NCBI GenBank assembly: GCA_039030515.1
Contig: JBCCEA010000010.1
Location: forward strand, 66,374-130,373
Direction of reading: 5' to 3'
Length of the DNA: 64,000 nucleotides
Origin: Myxococcota bacterium
GTDB lineage: Bacteria; Myxococcota_A; Polyangia; Polyangiales; Houyiibacteriaceae
Below the pieces are notes generated by a model, which was not told where the DNA came from, did not search any database, and worked only from the letters and a program-made list of their open reading frames with translations. The position numbers were made by a program, and so were the translations under genes. This document shows positions 27,623 through 37,400 of the stretch, one piece after another (the first letter of the stretch is position 1; every line of letters starts with the position of its first letter).

Positions 27623-29332
27623 TCAGGCCGGAGTGTCTGTAACCGGCATTTCTGTGGTTGGCCTCTCTTTGGCTAGCGCTTCCGACCTTAGCCGAATGAT
27701 CTGCACGTCTCGAAGACTAGGAACTTCGGGGGCGTAGCACGCTTCTTCCACTGCCTCTGCCAATTTTTTCAGTTGCTCCAGCGGAACCCTGCTGGAATCG
27801 CAACGCCTTACCAACTCCCGATTTGTGAGCGTTGCCCAGGATTGCTGTTCATGAAGCAACCCCATGATCAGTTTCTGAAACGGAATCAATGCGTGCTCAC
27901 GAAGGCTGCGTAGCCGAATCTTTGCTTCTGACCATTCTCCCCGATGCGGGATGTGAAGTTCGGCCTGCGTTGGCATGTACCCGCGGGCTCGTACCTGCAG
28001 GGAGTAGTCGCCTTCTTCGAGGGGAGGTGAGCAGAAGCTATGCTGCTCCCCTAGGGGCACGTCTACTTCGCTACCGTCTGGTGCTGTCAAGAGGGCTCTA
28101 GCCTCATCGATGCATCGGTCGTCCCAGTGGTCGACGACTCGGAGGCTCAGTTCATAGCGTTTTGGCCTGGGGACTACAGTGGCCGATCTCTCCGATTCTG
28201 TTTTGGGAGACCGTGTCGCGTGTGGTTTGTCGAGAACTGCGGTTTTGGTTTGACGACGGCCTAGGGCCAGCAGTGCGAACAGCGCGGCTGAAGGCCAAAG
28301 CCAGATCCAAAACGAGTCGCTACCCTGAGTTCCGGGATGAAGCTCGATCGGGGTCGATAGCGCGGAACTTCTGCCTGGATCGTCGCTGGTAAAACGCGCC
28401 TGAAGTAGACCACGTGCCTGGTGCTGCCATTCTCCTGAGCCGACCTCCAAAGAGAACTGGCCGTTCGCATCCGTGAGCGCTGTAGCAAGATGTGTATCGT
28501 CCAAGAAGAGTCCAACAGCTCGCTCGGGCAGGGGGCCAACGCTATCGGAAAGTTGACCGCCGGCTACGATGGGCTGGCCCATACGGACGGCACGGGTTTG
28601 CAGGGTGAGGACAGTCCGCCTGTAGCGGATGATCGGCGATTCGGATCGCGCTCCCTCGTGATATTTGCCCGGGCGAGCTATCGCCACGAGCTTTCCTGCG
28701 CCAGGCTGTCCAAGCAGCCGCGAGGCTAGACGGATGCTCGCTGTTCCATGTTGGTCGGTGGTCGCTCGGGCGAGTGGGCGTGATAGTTCATCGAAGAGCT
28801 CGATGGGAATGCCTCGTCCCCCTGTCTTTGACCGCGCGACGATATCGATCGCATGCGCTCTGGCGTCGAGATCGAAGCGGCCCTGATGTGCGAGTACGAG
28901 TCGAAGGCTCACGTTGGCCCGATGCGGGTCGATATCTCGGATCGCTTCGACGGGTCCGTAGCCGTCACCACCGTCGAAGCGGGCGCGTATCCTGAATCTC
29001 CTCGGTTGGTGCGGCGGGAGAGAGACCCTGAAGGTTCCTTGGGAATCCGTATAGGCGGCAAGGTGCTTGTGCCAGCTGTCGCTCCCGGTGTCGGTGGAGA
29101 CCACGATTCGACGAGTGCTGAGCGGTGTTCCGCTATCGTCGCGCAAAATGCCCGACACGACGGTGGCTCCAGGATTCGAGTCTACGCTGAGCTCGATTCG
29201 CGTCTCTGCGCGTACCCGTAGCGTGGTCTGAGACTGAACCATGCCTCCGCCAAGCGTGATGCCGAAGACAAACGTCACGAGGCATACCATCGACGCATTT
29301 ACAGGTGGTTTTGGTCTATTCCTCACCCGCAC
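27623..29332 (-). CDS. Membrane-anchored protein with carboxypeptidase-regulatory/Ig-like beta-sandwich repeats
   Basis: Signal peptide, repeated TD..G.F motifs (TDSQGTF, TDQHGTA, TDANGQF), one TM segment (FWIWLWPSAALFALLAL), GDYSLQVRARGY. Confidence 0.7.
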   Translation of the reverse strand: MRVRNRPKPPVNASMVCLVTFVFGITLGGGMVQSQTTLRVRAETRIELSVDSNPGATVVSGILRDDSGTPLSTRRIVVSTDTGSDSWHKHLAAYTDSQGTFRVSLPPHQPRRFRIRARFDGGDGYGPVEAIRDIDPHRANVSLRLVLAHQGRFDLDARAHAIDIVARSKTGGRGIPIELFDELSRPLARATTDQHGTASIRLASRLLGQPGAGKLVAIARPGKYHEGARSESPIIRYRRTVLTLQTRAVRMGQPIVAGGQLSDSVGPLPERAVGLFLDDTHLATALTDANGQFSLEVGSGEWQHQARGLLQARFTSDDPGRSSALSTPIELHPGTQGSDSFWIWLWPSAALFALLALGRRQTKTAVLDKPHATRSPKTESERSATVVPRPKRYELSLRVVDHWDDRCIDEARALLTAPDGSEVDVPLGEQHSFCSPPLEEGDYSLQVRARGYMPTQAELHIPHRGEWSEAKIRLRSLREHALIPFQKLIMGLLHEQQSWATLTNRELVRRCDSSRVPLEQLKKLAEAVEEACYAPEVPSLRDVQIIRLRSEALAKERPTTEMPVTDTPA

Positions 29333-29505
29333 GGACAGGCCACGCCGAGGCCTCTGCTTATGTAATTTTTGGATCGCATGCGAAAATAGCCGCGTGCGAT
29401 GCGTGTTTCTGCGATAATCATCAGGCTCCCCTTCGGTATGAGTCTGTCTACCAAAACGGGCTTTTGAACAGCATCCGGGGCAAGCGAAGATATTGATTCC
29501 GGGAG

Positions 29506-30369
29506 ATGTGGGTGAGGGACCTGGGCTTTAGCGCACGACGATTCTTGGTGTTTATCGGCGCCAGTCTAAGTGCGTGCCTCTGCATTTCGGTCGTCGCAGC
29601 CCAGACGGAACGACAACACTATATGCTCAATTTGCTTCAAAGTTCGAACAACTTTCGAGTTCGAGCTCAGGCTGCGCTCGCGCTTGGAACCGTGGAACGC
29701 TCTGATGTCGCCGTTCGTGCACTCACAGCTGCCCTGCGTGACCCACACCCTTCGGTGCGTGGCTCTGCTGCAACCTCACTCGAGCGACTCGCTGCGGTTT
29801 CTGCAGTGACGGCGCTTCGCGCACGGAGGCGAGATCCCGATGCCGGTGCGCGCTCTGCTGTCATTCGAGCCCTTCGCTCGTTGGAGCAGATTCGCTCCAA
29901 CTCAACAGGCATAGAAGACTCTCGAATCGACAGCTCCAACCGACGCGCAGCACGATACTATGTGGGGGTAGGAACTCCGGGCACAAAGATCGCCTCCCTC
30001 GATTCAACGACGCTTCAAGAAGCGCGCATCTACATAGAAGCACAGTTGGCCGAGATGGACGAAGTAGTGGTAGCGCCCCCAGGAGAATCGAATGCCCAGG
30101 TCCGTCGCGCGCTTCGTCGGAACGGTCTTACCGGTTACTTTATTGATTCCTCGGTCGTCAGTATTGACGAATCGAGCGAAGGTACTCGCGCTAGCGTATC
30201 GGTAATATTGAACACATATCCGGAAAGAGACATGCGTGCGATGGTGAGTGGCCGAGCGACGGTTCCGGGTGGCACCGGGGATTTTGCGAGAAAACTCGCT
30301 ATGGAAGGAGCGATTCGCGGTGCCCTTCGCCGTCTGCCGAGTGCCATGATGGTGAGTGCGGGTCGTTGA
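29506..30369 (+). CDS. Exported HEAT-repeat protein
   Basis: Signal peptide, FRVRAQAALALG, ALRDPHPSVRGSAATSL. Confidence 0.8.
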   Translation: MWVRDLGFSARRFLVFIGASLSACLCISVVAAQTERQHYMLNLLQSSNNFRVRAQAALALGTVERSDVAVRALTAALRDPHPSVRGSAATSLERLAAVSAVTALRARRRDPDAGARSAVIRALRSLEQIRSNSTGIEDSRIDSSNRRAARYYVGVGTPGTKIASLDSTTLQEARIYIEAQLAEMDEVVVAPPGESNAQVRRALRRNGLTGYFIDSSVVSIDESSEGTRASVSVILNTYPERDMRAMVSGRATVPGGTGDFARKLAMEGAIRGALRRLPSAMMVSAGR

Positions 30370-30455
30370 GCCCGGGATTCGGTGCGTTATCGTTGAAGGC
30401 GATCGCGAAAGCGGCGTAGGATGGCGCCCGGTCAAAGGATAGAGGAGGATCCGCA

Positions 30456-31073
30456 ATGGTGTCCGAAGTTGAAACGACATACCGAACGACTCGGCCTCCC
30501 CAGCGTCGCTTGCGTAACTACTTGCTCAAGCCCCGCTTCCAGCTGAAATACACCGGAGCAGTAGTGCTGGTTACGATGGTTGTAGGCTCGGTGATGGGTT
30601 TCTTCGCCTACAAAGAGTCGAAGTCGGTTTCCGAGATGCTTGTGCTTCAGTACAGCATGCTGGATGTGACCGACGAACTCGAGATGGGTACGGTCCAAGA
30701 CATGCAGGAATACGATCAACGAATCCTGTATGGGGTTGTGGGCTTCATTACTATCCTCTGCCTCCTATTGGGAATCATGGGCATCCTGGTCACGCACAGG
30801 GTTGTGGGGCCTGCCTATAAGATCGAGAGGCTCATCAACGAAGTAATCGAAGGAAAACTGACGGTGAGAGGCCATTTACGCCGAGGCGATGAGCTACAGA
30901 GCCTGTTCGAAGCGTTTTCGAATATGGTGGTCTCTCTTAGGGAGCGACAGCAGGACGAAGTGGATGCCCTGACCGAGGCAATTCAAACCGTTCGAGATAA
31001 GGGTATGACCGACGAGGACCTTGAGCGGATCATCGAGGTTCGGGATCGGATGCGGGCGACTCTGGACGACTAG
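30456..31073 (+). CDS. Two-TM HAMP-domain membrane protein without output domain
   Basis: RNYLLKPRFQLKY, THRVVGPAYKI...LRRGDELQSL; GAGGAGG RBS. Confidence 0.8.
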   Translation: MVSEVETTYRTTRPPQRRLRNYLLKPRFQLKYTGAVVLVTMVVGSVMGFFAYKESKSVSEMLVLQYSMLDVTDELEMGTVQDMQEYDQRILYGVVGFITILCLLLGIMGILVTHRVVGPAYKIERLINEVIEGKLTVRGHLRRGDELQSLFEAFSNMVVSLRERQQDEVDALTEAIQTVRDKGMTDEDLERIIEVRDRMRATLDD

Positions 31074-31111
31074 ACCTGCGATGCCCAGTGAACAACTCGG
31101 TGGCGACGAGA

Positions 31112-31162
31112 CCTCAGAATGCACCCTCCCTCAGAGTGCACCCTCCCTCAGAATGCACCCTC
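31112..31162. repeat. 17-bp tandem repeat x3 spanning the yraN stop codon
   Basis: cctcagaatgcaccctc / cctcagagtgcaccctc / cctcagaatgcaccctc. Confidence 0.95.
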
Positions 31163-31537
31163 GTAGTACTCTACTTGAGGGCCGTTCGGACCTTCGAGGA
31201 CCACGGCAGCAGCATCGATACGCAGTCGAGCCCGCAGACCCTTTTGAGTTCCATACCAGTGCAGAGCAGCCTGACGTATTTTGTGCTGCTTCGACCTGTC
31301 AAATGTTTTTGCGGGATGGACGAGTTTGGCGTTCGTCCGAGTGCGCACCTCACATACTGCGATGACTCCCGATCCGCGCGCGATGATATCGAGCTCCCAG
31401 CGCTTCACGCGCACGTTTCTACCTACGATGTGATAGCCGCGGCCCCGTAGATAGGTTGCGACCAAATCCTCTCCCTGGGAGCCGATTTTTGCACGACTGC
31501 GGGCTTGATATTTCGCTCTAGCGGTCCGAGTCGTCAC
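31148..31537 (-). CDS. yraN: YraN family putative endonuclease (UPF0102)
   Basis: GSQGEDL..YL..RGYHIVGRN, ELDIIA, VCEVRTR, RIDAAAV, EGAF. Confidence 0.88.
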   Translation of the reverse strand: MTTRTARAKYQARSRAKIGSQGEDLVATYLRGRGYHIVGRNVRVKRWELDIIARGSGVIAVCEVRTRTNAKLVHPAKTFDRSKQHKIRQAALHWYGTQKGLRARLRIDAAAVVLEGPNGPQVEYYEGAF

Positions 31538-32073
31538 GACTCATCTGCGTTGCGGGACTGGATGAATGCCGCTTCACAGTCGGGATCGTCTTGGTCGCAG
31601 CAATAGCTTCCTCGGATACCGCCGCCCGCTCCTTCACTGTCGAGTACCGGAACGCAGCGATAGCCGCTCGGGCAAGAACAGGTTTCTCCGCTCACCCCTT
31701 CAGCAGTATCGCATCGGCAGGTGCAGTAGACCTTTTGCTCAATTGTTTCTGCGCTATTGCACGCTTCGTTCGAGTCAGAGCATTCTTCGCTTCCTGGCTC
31801 AAAGGGGAGACCATTGAGTCTGTAGACCATACAAACTCGGGTTCTGCACTGGACTGAACTCGTTTCTAGATAGGCCTCTGTGGAATCAAAACCTCGGTTT
31901 CCGGCGCTATCGACAGGAATGGCCTCCGGCTCGCAAGGATCTCCCACGGCAGGTGTCTCGCATCCCGTGATGCACACAAGAGCCCCCACAGCGCAGAGCA
32001 CGGACCATGCTGATCCAATCCGGTTCCCCGCGGACCGAGTGTCAGATCCTGGGAAGAAGGTGCTACGAGCCAT
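31534..32073 (-). CDS. cglC: Cys-rich gliding-motility lipoprotein, GltK/CglC(AgmO)-like
   Basis: Lipobox ITGC; GDPC...SSVQCRTRVC...YCTCRC; divergent from gltC. AGGAG RBS before ATG 32073. Confidence 0.65.
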   Translation of the reverse strand: MARSTFFPGSDTRSAGNRIGSAWSVLCAVGALVCITGCETPAVGDPCEPEAIPVDSAGNRGFDSTEAYLETSSVQCRTRVCMVYRLNGLPFEPGSEECSDSNEACNSAETIEQKVYCTCRCDTAEGVSGETCSCPSGYRCVPVLDSEGAGGGIRGSYCCDQDDPDCEAAFIQSRNADES

Positions 32074-32565
32074 ACGAGTGTCTCCTGTGGAATGCGTTTG
32101 TCGTCTCAAGATTCTCGCCGGAAGTATCTGCCTTGCGCCTTGCTCGGTAAACGCAGACGGTGCGGTGCAGGAGCGATGACGTACATTACATCGGTTCGAG
32201 CACCTGACCTTCGAGCTTGGGGCATTTGAAGTCTAGGCGTTTGAATTTGGGGCACTCGAGTTTGGGCATCGTAAGTGCATCGGCGATCGCAGTAAGAAAT
32301 AAAACTTTGCTTCTGCGTTGCACCAGCTCCTGCAGCGCTGCGATCTAAATTAGTACGTGGTTGACCCGCTTCTCTTCCCGCCGGTTGCCTATATTCTTTG
32401 TGTAAGCGCAGCGCCGTGGTCGCAAAGAACAATGCGTCTACGTCTGAGCGGATCGATGCTAGTGCGGTCTTGAAGCGAGCGTGGAGGTCGCAGTCAGTCG
32501 GGTTCATGGTCCGAGTAGTTTGCGGCGTAAACGTCGCTGGATGCGGGTCATCAAAGAATGCTCTA

Positions 32566-32595
32566 ACGCTACTTGGTGCGAGGTTGAAGTGTCAA
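32566..32595 (-). promoter_or_regulatory. Promoter TTGACA-N18-TAGCGT facing cglC
   Basis: Perfect -35; back-to-back with the gltC promoter. Confidence 0.55.
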
Positions 32596-32701
32596 GTTTG
32601 GCAGGCTCGATGATCTCACGGTCTCGACGGGCGCTGCCGTCCTTGAAAATGTACGGCTGCTGCAGGGACGGTTTCGTTCCACCGCGCTGCTGGAAGGGCT
32701 C

Positions 32702-32731
32702 TTGACAGTAGATAGTCGGCGCTCGTAACAT
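32702..32731 (+). promoter_or_regulatory. gltC operon promoter TTGACA-N18-TAACAT
   Basis: Perfect -35 and TANNNT -10 about 90 nt upstream of gltC. Confidence 0.65.
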
Positions 32732-32823
32732 TCAGCCGCTAAGCCTTTCAACTTCTCGAATTTTTACAGGTTTTTGAAGCCAGCGGCCCAGCGCTAAAGC
32801 CAGCCAAGATGAGGAGCATCGCG

Positions 32824-34476
32824 ATGACGCAAAGGCGTTCGCCCACGACCCTGTTGCTTATGATTGTTTCGGTGCTCACCGCGATGCCGGCAGTCGCACA
32901 GGACATGACCTTCTCAGTAGAGGATACGGGACAGCCTCCTGCGCCGCCCGCCAGCGGACCGCCCTCAGAAGCTCTCGCCAATGCGTTAAGGCTCTATCAG
33001 CAAACGCGCTACCAAGAGGCGGCGGTTCAGTTTCAGCGGGTTGTCGAAGGGGAGACGGCGGATGCTGCTGCTAATGTTCAGAAATCCCAGTTCTTTCTCG
33101 GCAAAACGCTTTATCACCTGGGCTACTATCAGTCTGCACTCGCAATTTTTGACGAAATAGGTGCGCTTGGTGCCGGGCATCTGTGGTTCGGATCGACACT
33201 TCAGTGGCTTGCACAGCTCGCGACAGAGCTGCCTGAGCCTGCAGGCATCATCGAAAAAGTCGGTCGTTACGGAGTAGAAGAGCTCGAGCAGTTCAATGCT
33301 GGCGGCAGCGTTGGACTCTACAACCAACTTCTCTACTTGATGGGTCGTTTTCGCTACCAGCAATACGAGTTCCGGCCGGCTATCGAGCTGTTCGACCGTG
33401 TTTCAAGCGCCTCCAAATACTACGTCAAAGCCCAGTTTTTCATGGGCGTGAGTCACGTTCGTCTACGCCAGGCGCGACCGGCTATTGCCGCATTTCGTAA
33501 GATCATCGACAAGATCGACGAAGGGCGAGTATCTGGGCTGGACGATGAGGAACGCATGCGAAATCTGGCATGGATCTCCTTGGCGCGCGTGTACTACACC
33601 GCGGCAAACCGAACAGACTCGAACGGAGACCGGGAGATCGATGGTCGTTTGCTGGGACAGGCGGTAGAAGCCTGGAGCGCCGTGGATCAGGGTAGCGAAT
33701 ACTGGCTGGATGCACTGTTCGAATCGTCTTGGGCTTTCTTCCTCGCAGACGAGTACAGTCGCTCACTCGGGAATATTCACACTTTATTTTCGCCCTACTT
33801 TTCGGAGTCCTACTACCCAGAAGCGATGGTACTAAAATCAGTCACGTTTTTCGTGAACTGCCAGTTCGACAATGCCGCCGCAGTCGTGGCTCAGTTTCAC
33901 GAGCGTTATGATCCGGTTCAAAACGACCTTCAAACTACGCTTGCGCAGTTTGAAGACAATGTCGCGTTCTTCGAGTTCCTTAAAGAAGTTCAAGGGGGTA
34001 CCGCATCACTCTCTGAGGAGATTCTGGGCATTGTCGCGAGTGCCCTCTCCGATCGCGAAGTGCTCCGCAATCTGGAATACGTACGTCTTTTGAATGCGGA
34101 ACAAGCACTTCTGGACCGAGCCCCAGACGAGTTTCAAAACAGCTCACTTGGATCAAGAATCCTACAGGACATCGCGGTGGCTCAGTCATTCGCCATCGAT
34201 CAAACCGGAAATTTGGCTCGTGGACGATACCAACGGCTCATCGAAGAGCTGCAGGATTTGATGAACCAGATCGATACGATCGAGCTTGAAATCGCTACGG
34301 CCGAGCGAGGCAATCTAGACCAGCAGACACAGCAGCAAATGACCGACGCACAACGTTCAGGCGGTGGCGATGTGGAAGTAGACGAAGAACACCAGCTTTG
34401 GCCGTTCCGTGGGGAGTACTGGCGAGATGAGCTCGGATTTTATCGTCAGCAAGTCACCAATCGATGCGGAAGATAG
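32824..34476 (+). CDS. gltC: Gliding motility TPR protein GltC
   Basis: Signal peptide, TPR helices, LDALFESSWAFF, YYPEA, and the C-terminal signature WPFRGEYWRDELGFY...C. GAGGAG RBS before ATG 32824. Confidence 0.85.
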   Translation: MTQRRSPTTLLLMIVSVLTAMPAVAQDMTFSVEDTGQPPAPPASGPPSEALANALRLYQQTRYQEAAVQFQRVVEGETADAAANVQKSQFFLGKTLYHLGYYQSALAIFDEIGALGAGHLWFGSTLQWLAQLATELPEPAGIIEKVGRYGVEELEQFNAGGSVGLYNQLLYLMGRFRYQQYEFRPAIELFDRVSSASKYYVKAQFFMGVSHVRLRQARPAIAAFRKIIDKIDEGRVSGLDDEERMRNLAWISLARVYYTAANRTDSNGDREIDGRLLGQAVEAWSAVDQGSEYWLDALFESSWAFFLADEYSRSLGNIHTLFSPYFSESYYPEAMVLKSVTFFVNCQFDNAAAVVAQFHERYDPVQNDLQTTLAQFEDNVAFFEFLKEVQGGTASLSEEILGIVASALSDREVLRNLEYVRLLNAEQALLDRAPDEFQNSSLGSRILQDIAVAQSFAIDQTGNLARGRYQRLIEELQDLMNQIDTIELEIATAERGNLDQQTQQQMTDAQRSGGGDVEVDEEHQLWPFRGEYWRDELGFYRQQVTNRCGR

Positions 34477-34484
34477 GGAGACCG

Positions 34485-37400
34485 ATGCGAACGTTAGGGA
34501 AGGGCAGAGGGCGTTCTAGGCGAATCGCTCTTTGCACGCTGATCATAGCCACGCCTCTCAGTCTGACGGCGCAGGAAATGCCGCTTTTTGCGGTGTCCTC
34601 ACGCATGTGTGTTCCAGGGGCGTTACAGCAAGAGCTGGCAGACTGCCCGGCCAACGCTCCAAGTCGGAGCGGCAGCGGTGTGCCCCCATCGAGCGGAGCT
34701 CCGGTTTCGAGACTCCGCACAGCACAACGTCAGAGCGAAGAACCGACAGAGCGTCAGAGCGCGCCGGGCTTCGAGCTAGATGTGTCTACGCGAAGAAATC
34801 GAGAGCGATCGGAGTCTCGCGCTTGGGATTTATTGCAACGCGAAGTGCAGATTCTTCGGAGGTTGGTGCAGAATACACGCACGGACAATCCACAACGTCC
34901 AGATATTCTGCTCCGTTTGGCTGAGACCTACTTTGAGATGCAAACGGTCCTCAATGCCAGAGTTCGAGCGTTTGATGAGCCGATATTTCAAGCATGCAGC
35001 GTTGAGCAAAATGCGAATCAATGTCGGCAAAAGAGAGAACAACAAAGCCAGGCGTCAGAAAACCTAGACACGATTCGCCAGGATGCAGTTCGCACATACG
35101 CGACCTTGGTCCAAGATCATCCCAACTACGCTCGGATGGACGAAGTGCTCTTCTCTCTCGCCTTCAGTCTTGATGAGATGCGTCAGTTCGAGCAGGCAAG
35201 GCAGGTATATCACCGGCTTATTCGAGGTTTTCCCGAAAGCCGGTTTGTGCCAAATGCCTATCTGTCCTTCGCTGAGTTCTACTTTGGAGACGGCGATATG
35301 GAGGCCGCGGCTCAGTTCTACGACAAGGTCATCGAGTTTCCGCCGGAGCGCAATCCGGTCTATGGCTATGCGCTCTATAAGCAGGCCTGGGTTCAATACA
35401 ACCTTGAAGACTTTCGCGCGTCGCTGCAGGCATTTGTCGATACTATCGAATTTGCCAATCAGAACCCATCAGCGGCCGATGCGGTAAATCTTGCGCGCCA
35501 AGCGAGGCGGGAGCTCGTTTTGCCCTACGCCATGACCGGCGCAGCCGATCGAGCACTCCCGTTTTTTCAGCGCTACGCGACAGATCGCGGCCAAGCCATG
35601 GAGATGCTCGAGCGTCTGGCAGAGCTTTATTTTGATACCGGTCGATGGCTAGAAACGATCTCCGTCTACCAGAGACTGATCGCGGAAAACGTGGCATCTG
35701 AGCGCGTTTGCTACTGGCAAACCAGAGTCACCAACGCTGTGATCTCGTCCTCTCCGAAAGCACAGCAGGTTCGTGAGATACAGCGGATGGTCGATCTCTA
35801 CGAGACCTACCGCGAGCGTACTTCGGATTCAGACGCCCTCGCTGAGTGCAAACAAGAGACGGCTACGATACTGGTTTGGTTGGCCACGGCTTGGCACCGA
35901 GAGGCCATTGGCGTGGACGATCAGCCAGGCACCAATGATCTTGCAACCATGCGACTTGCCACCGAGTTGTACCGCATCGTTGTCGAAAAGTTTCCCGACA
36001 TGGAAGCGATGGAGTTTCCGATGATCGCTCGGCAGGATTGGCCGACCGAATACAAGGTTTCCTACTACCTAGCCGAACTTCTTTGGAAGATGGAGGACTG
36101 GGGTCAGTGCGGACCCGCATTTGATCGCGTCGTCGAATTGGATCCGGCCGGCGAATATACCTCAGACGCCGCCTATGCGGCGGTGCTCTGTTACAACAAT
36201 CTCTACCAGCAGCAGTATTCCGGTCGTGAGCGAACGGTTGCAGAGCGTGATGAGGATTCCATGCGTGCCTCTGGCCGGCGATCGCGACCTCGGGCAGCGT
36301 CAGAGGAGGGCGCGGTTCGCTTGGCATCGCGAGAGTTCACTCAGCTTGAGCACGGCATGCTCGACGCGTTTCGGCGTTACGTTTGCTTCGTTCCAGACAG
36401 TGAAGATTTGCCCACTATAAAGTATCGCCGAGCTCGGATTTTCTATGAAGCAAATCGATTTGAAGAAGCCGCTGTGCTCTTCAAAGACATCGCGTTCAAT
36501 CATCCCGATAGTGAGCTTTCGGTATACGCCGCCAACCTCTATTTGGATTCGTTGAATGTACTTGGTAGCCAGGTTGAGGAGCCCCGAACTCAATGCATCC
36601 TCGAAATCGGCGACTCCATCGATCCGCTTTGGGGCAATTATTGCGACTCTGAGATCGCGTACGATGAACACGTCGAACTTTGCGAAGTCCTAGAGCAGCT
36701 TCGCTGCGATGTCCTCAGAAAAGAAGCGGAGGCCTACGAAGCCAATGAAGAGTTTAAGGAGGCTGCCTCAACCTACGTACGCATTTTTCGTCAGTTTGGC
36801 GAATGTGGTCGTCTAGACGAAGTGCTCTACAACGCGGCGATAAACTTTGAGGCTGCTCGACTTTTGGGTCGGGCGATCCAAGTGCGCCGAGTGCTGGTCG
36901 ATCGTTTTCCAGAAAGCGAGTGGGCCAAGCGCGCGATCTACCTCATCGGAGCAAACTTTCATGCGCTGGCTGACTATGAACGAGCCGCTCAGTACTATGA
37001 GCAATTTGCTGAACGCTTTCCCGGCGAACAGGGATCGGAATGCACCGATGAAGAGCGAAGTGCTGGGACCTGTGCGGTGGCTCAGGATGCGCTTCAAAAT
37101 GCGCTGTTTTTCCGTATGGGATTGGGCGCCGATCACCGAGAGCAAGCAGTCGCTGACGCGGAGCTCTTCACGCGCAACTACGGAAGGCGGATGCCCCGCG
37201 AGACCTCACAGGTGCAGTTCTCCATCGGCACGCTTTACGAACGAGAGCAGAACTGGAGACAGGTCGTACGTCACTATGAGAACTACCTGAGGCGGTACAG
37301 GCGCACGGCGTTGCCGCACCAAATCATTCGGGCCTATGTTATGGTCGGCAAAGCGCACTGGAAGCAGGAGGATTTCCGCCTGGCGCGCGTTCCGTTTGAG

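Noticed and set aside
26984..27737. Plus-strand 200-aa and 203-aa ORFs with repeats
   Set aside because: Antisense shadows of ftsY and its 24-bp repeat.
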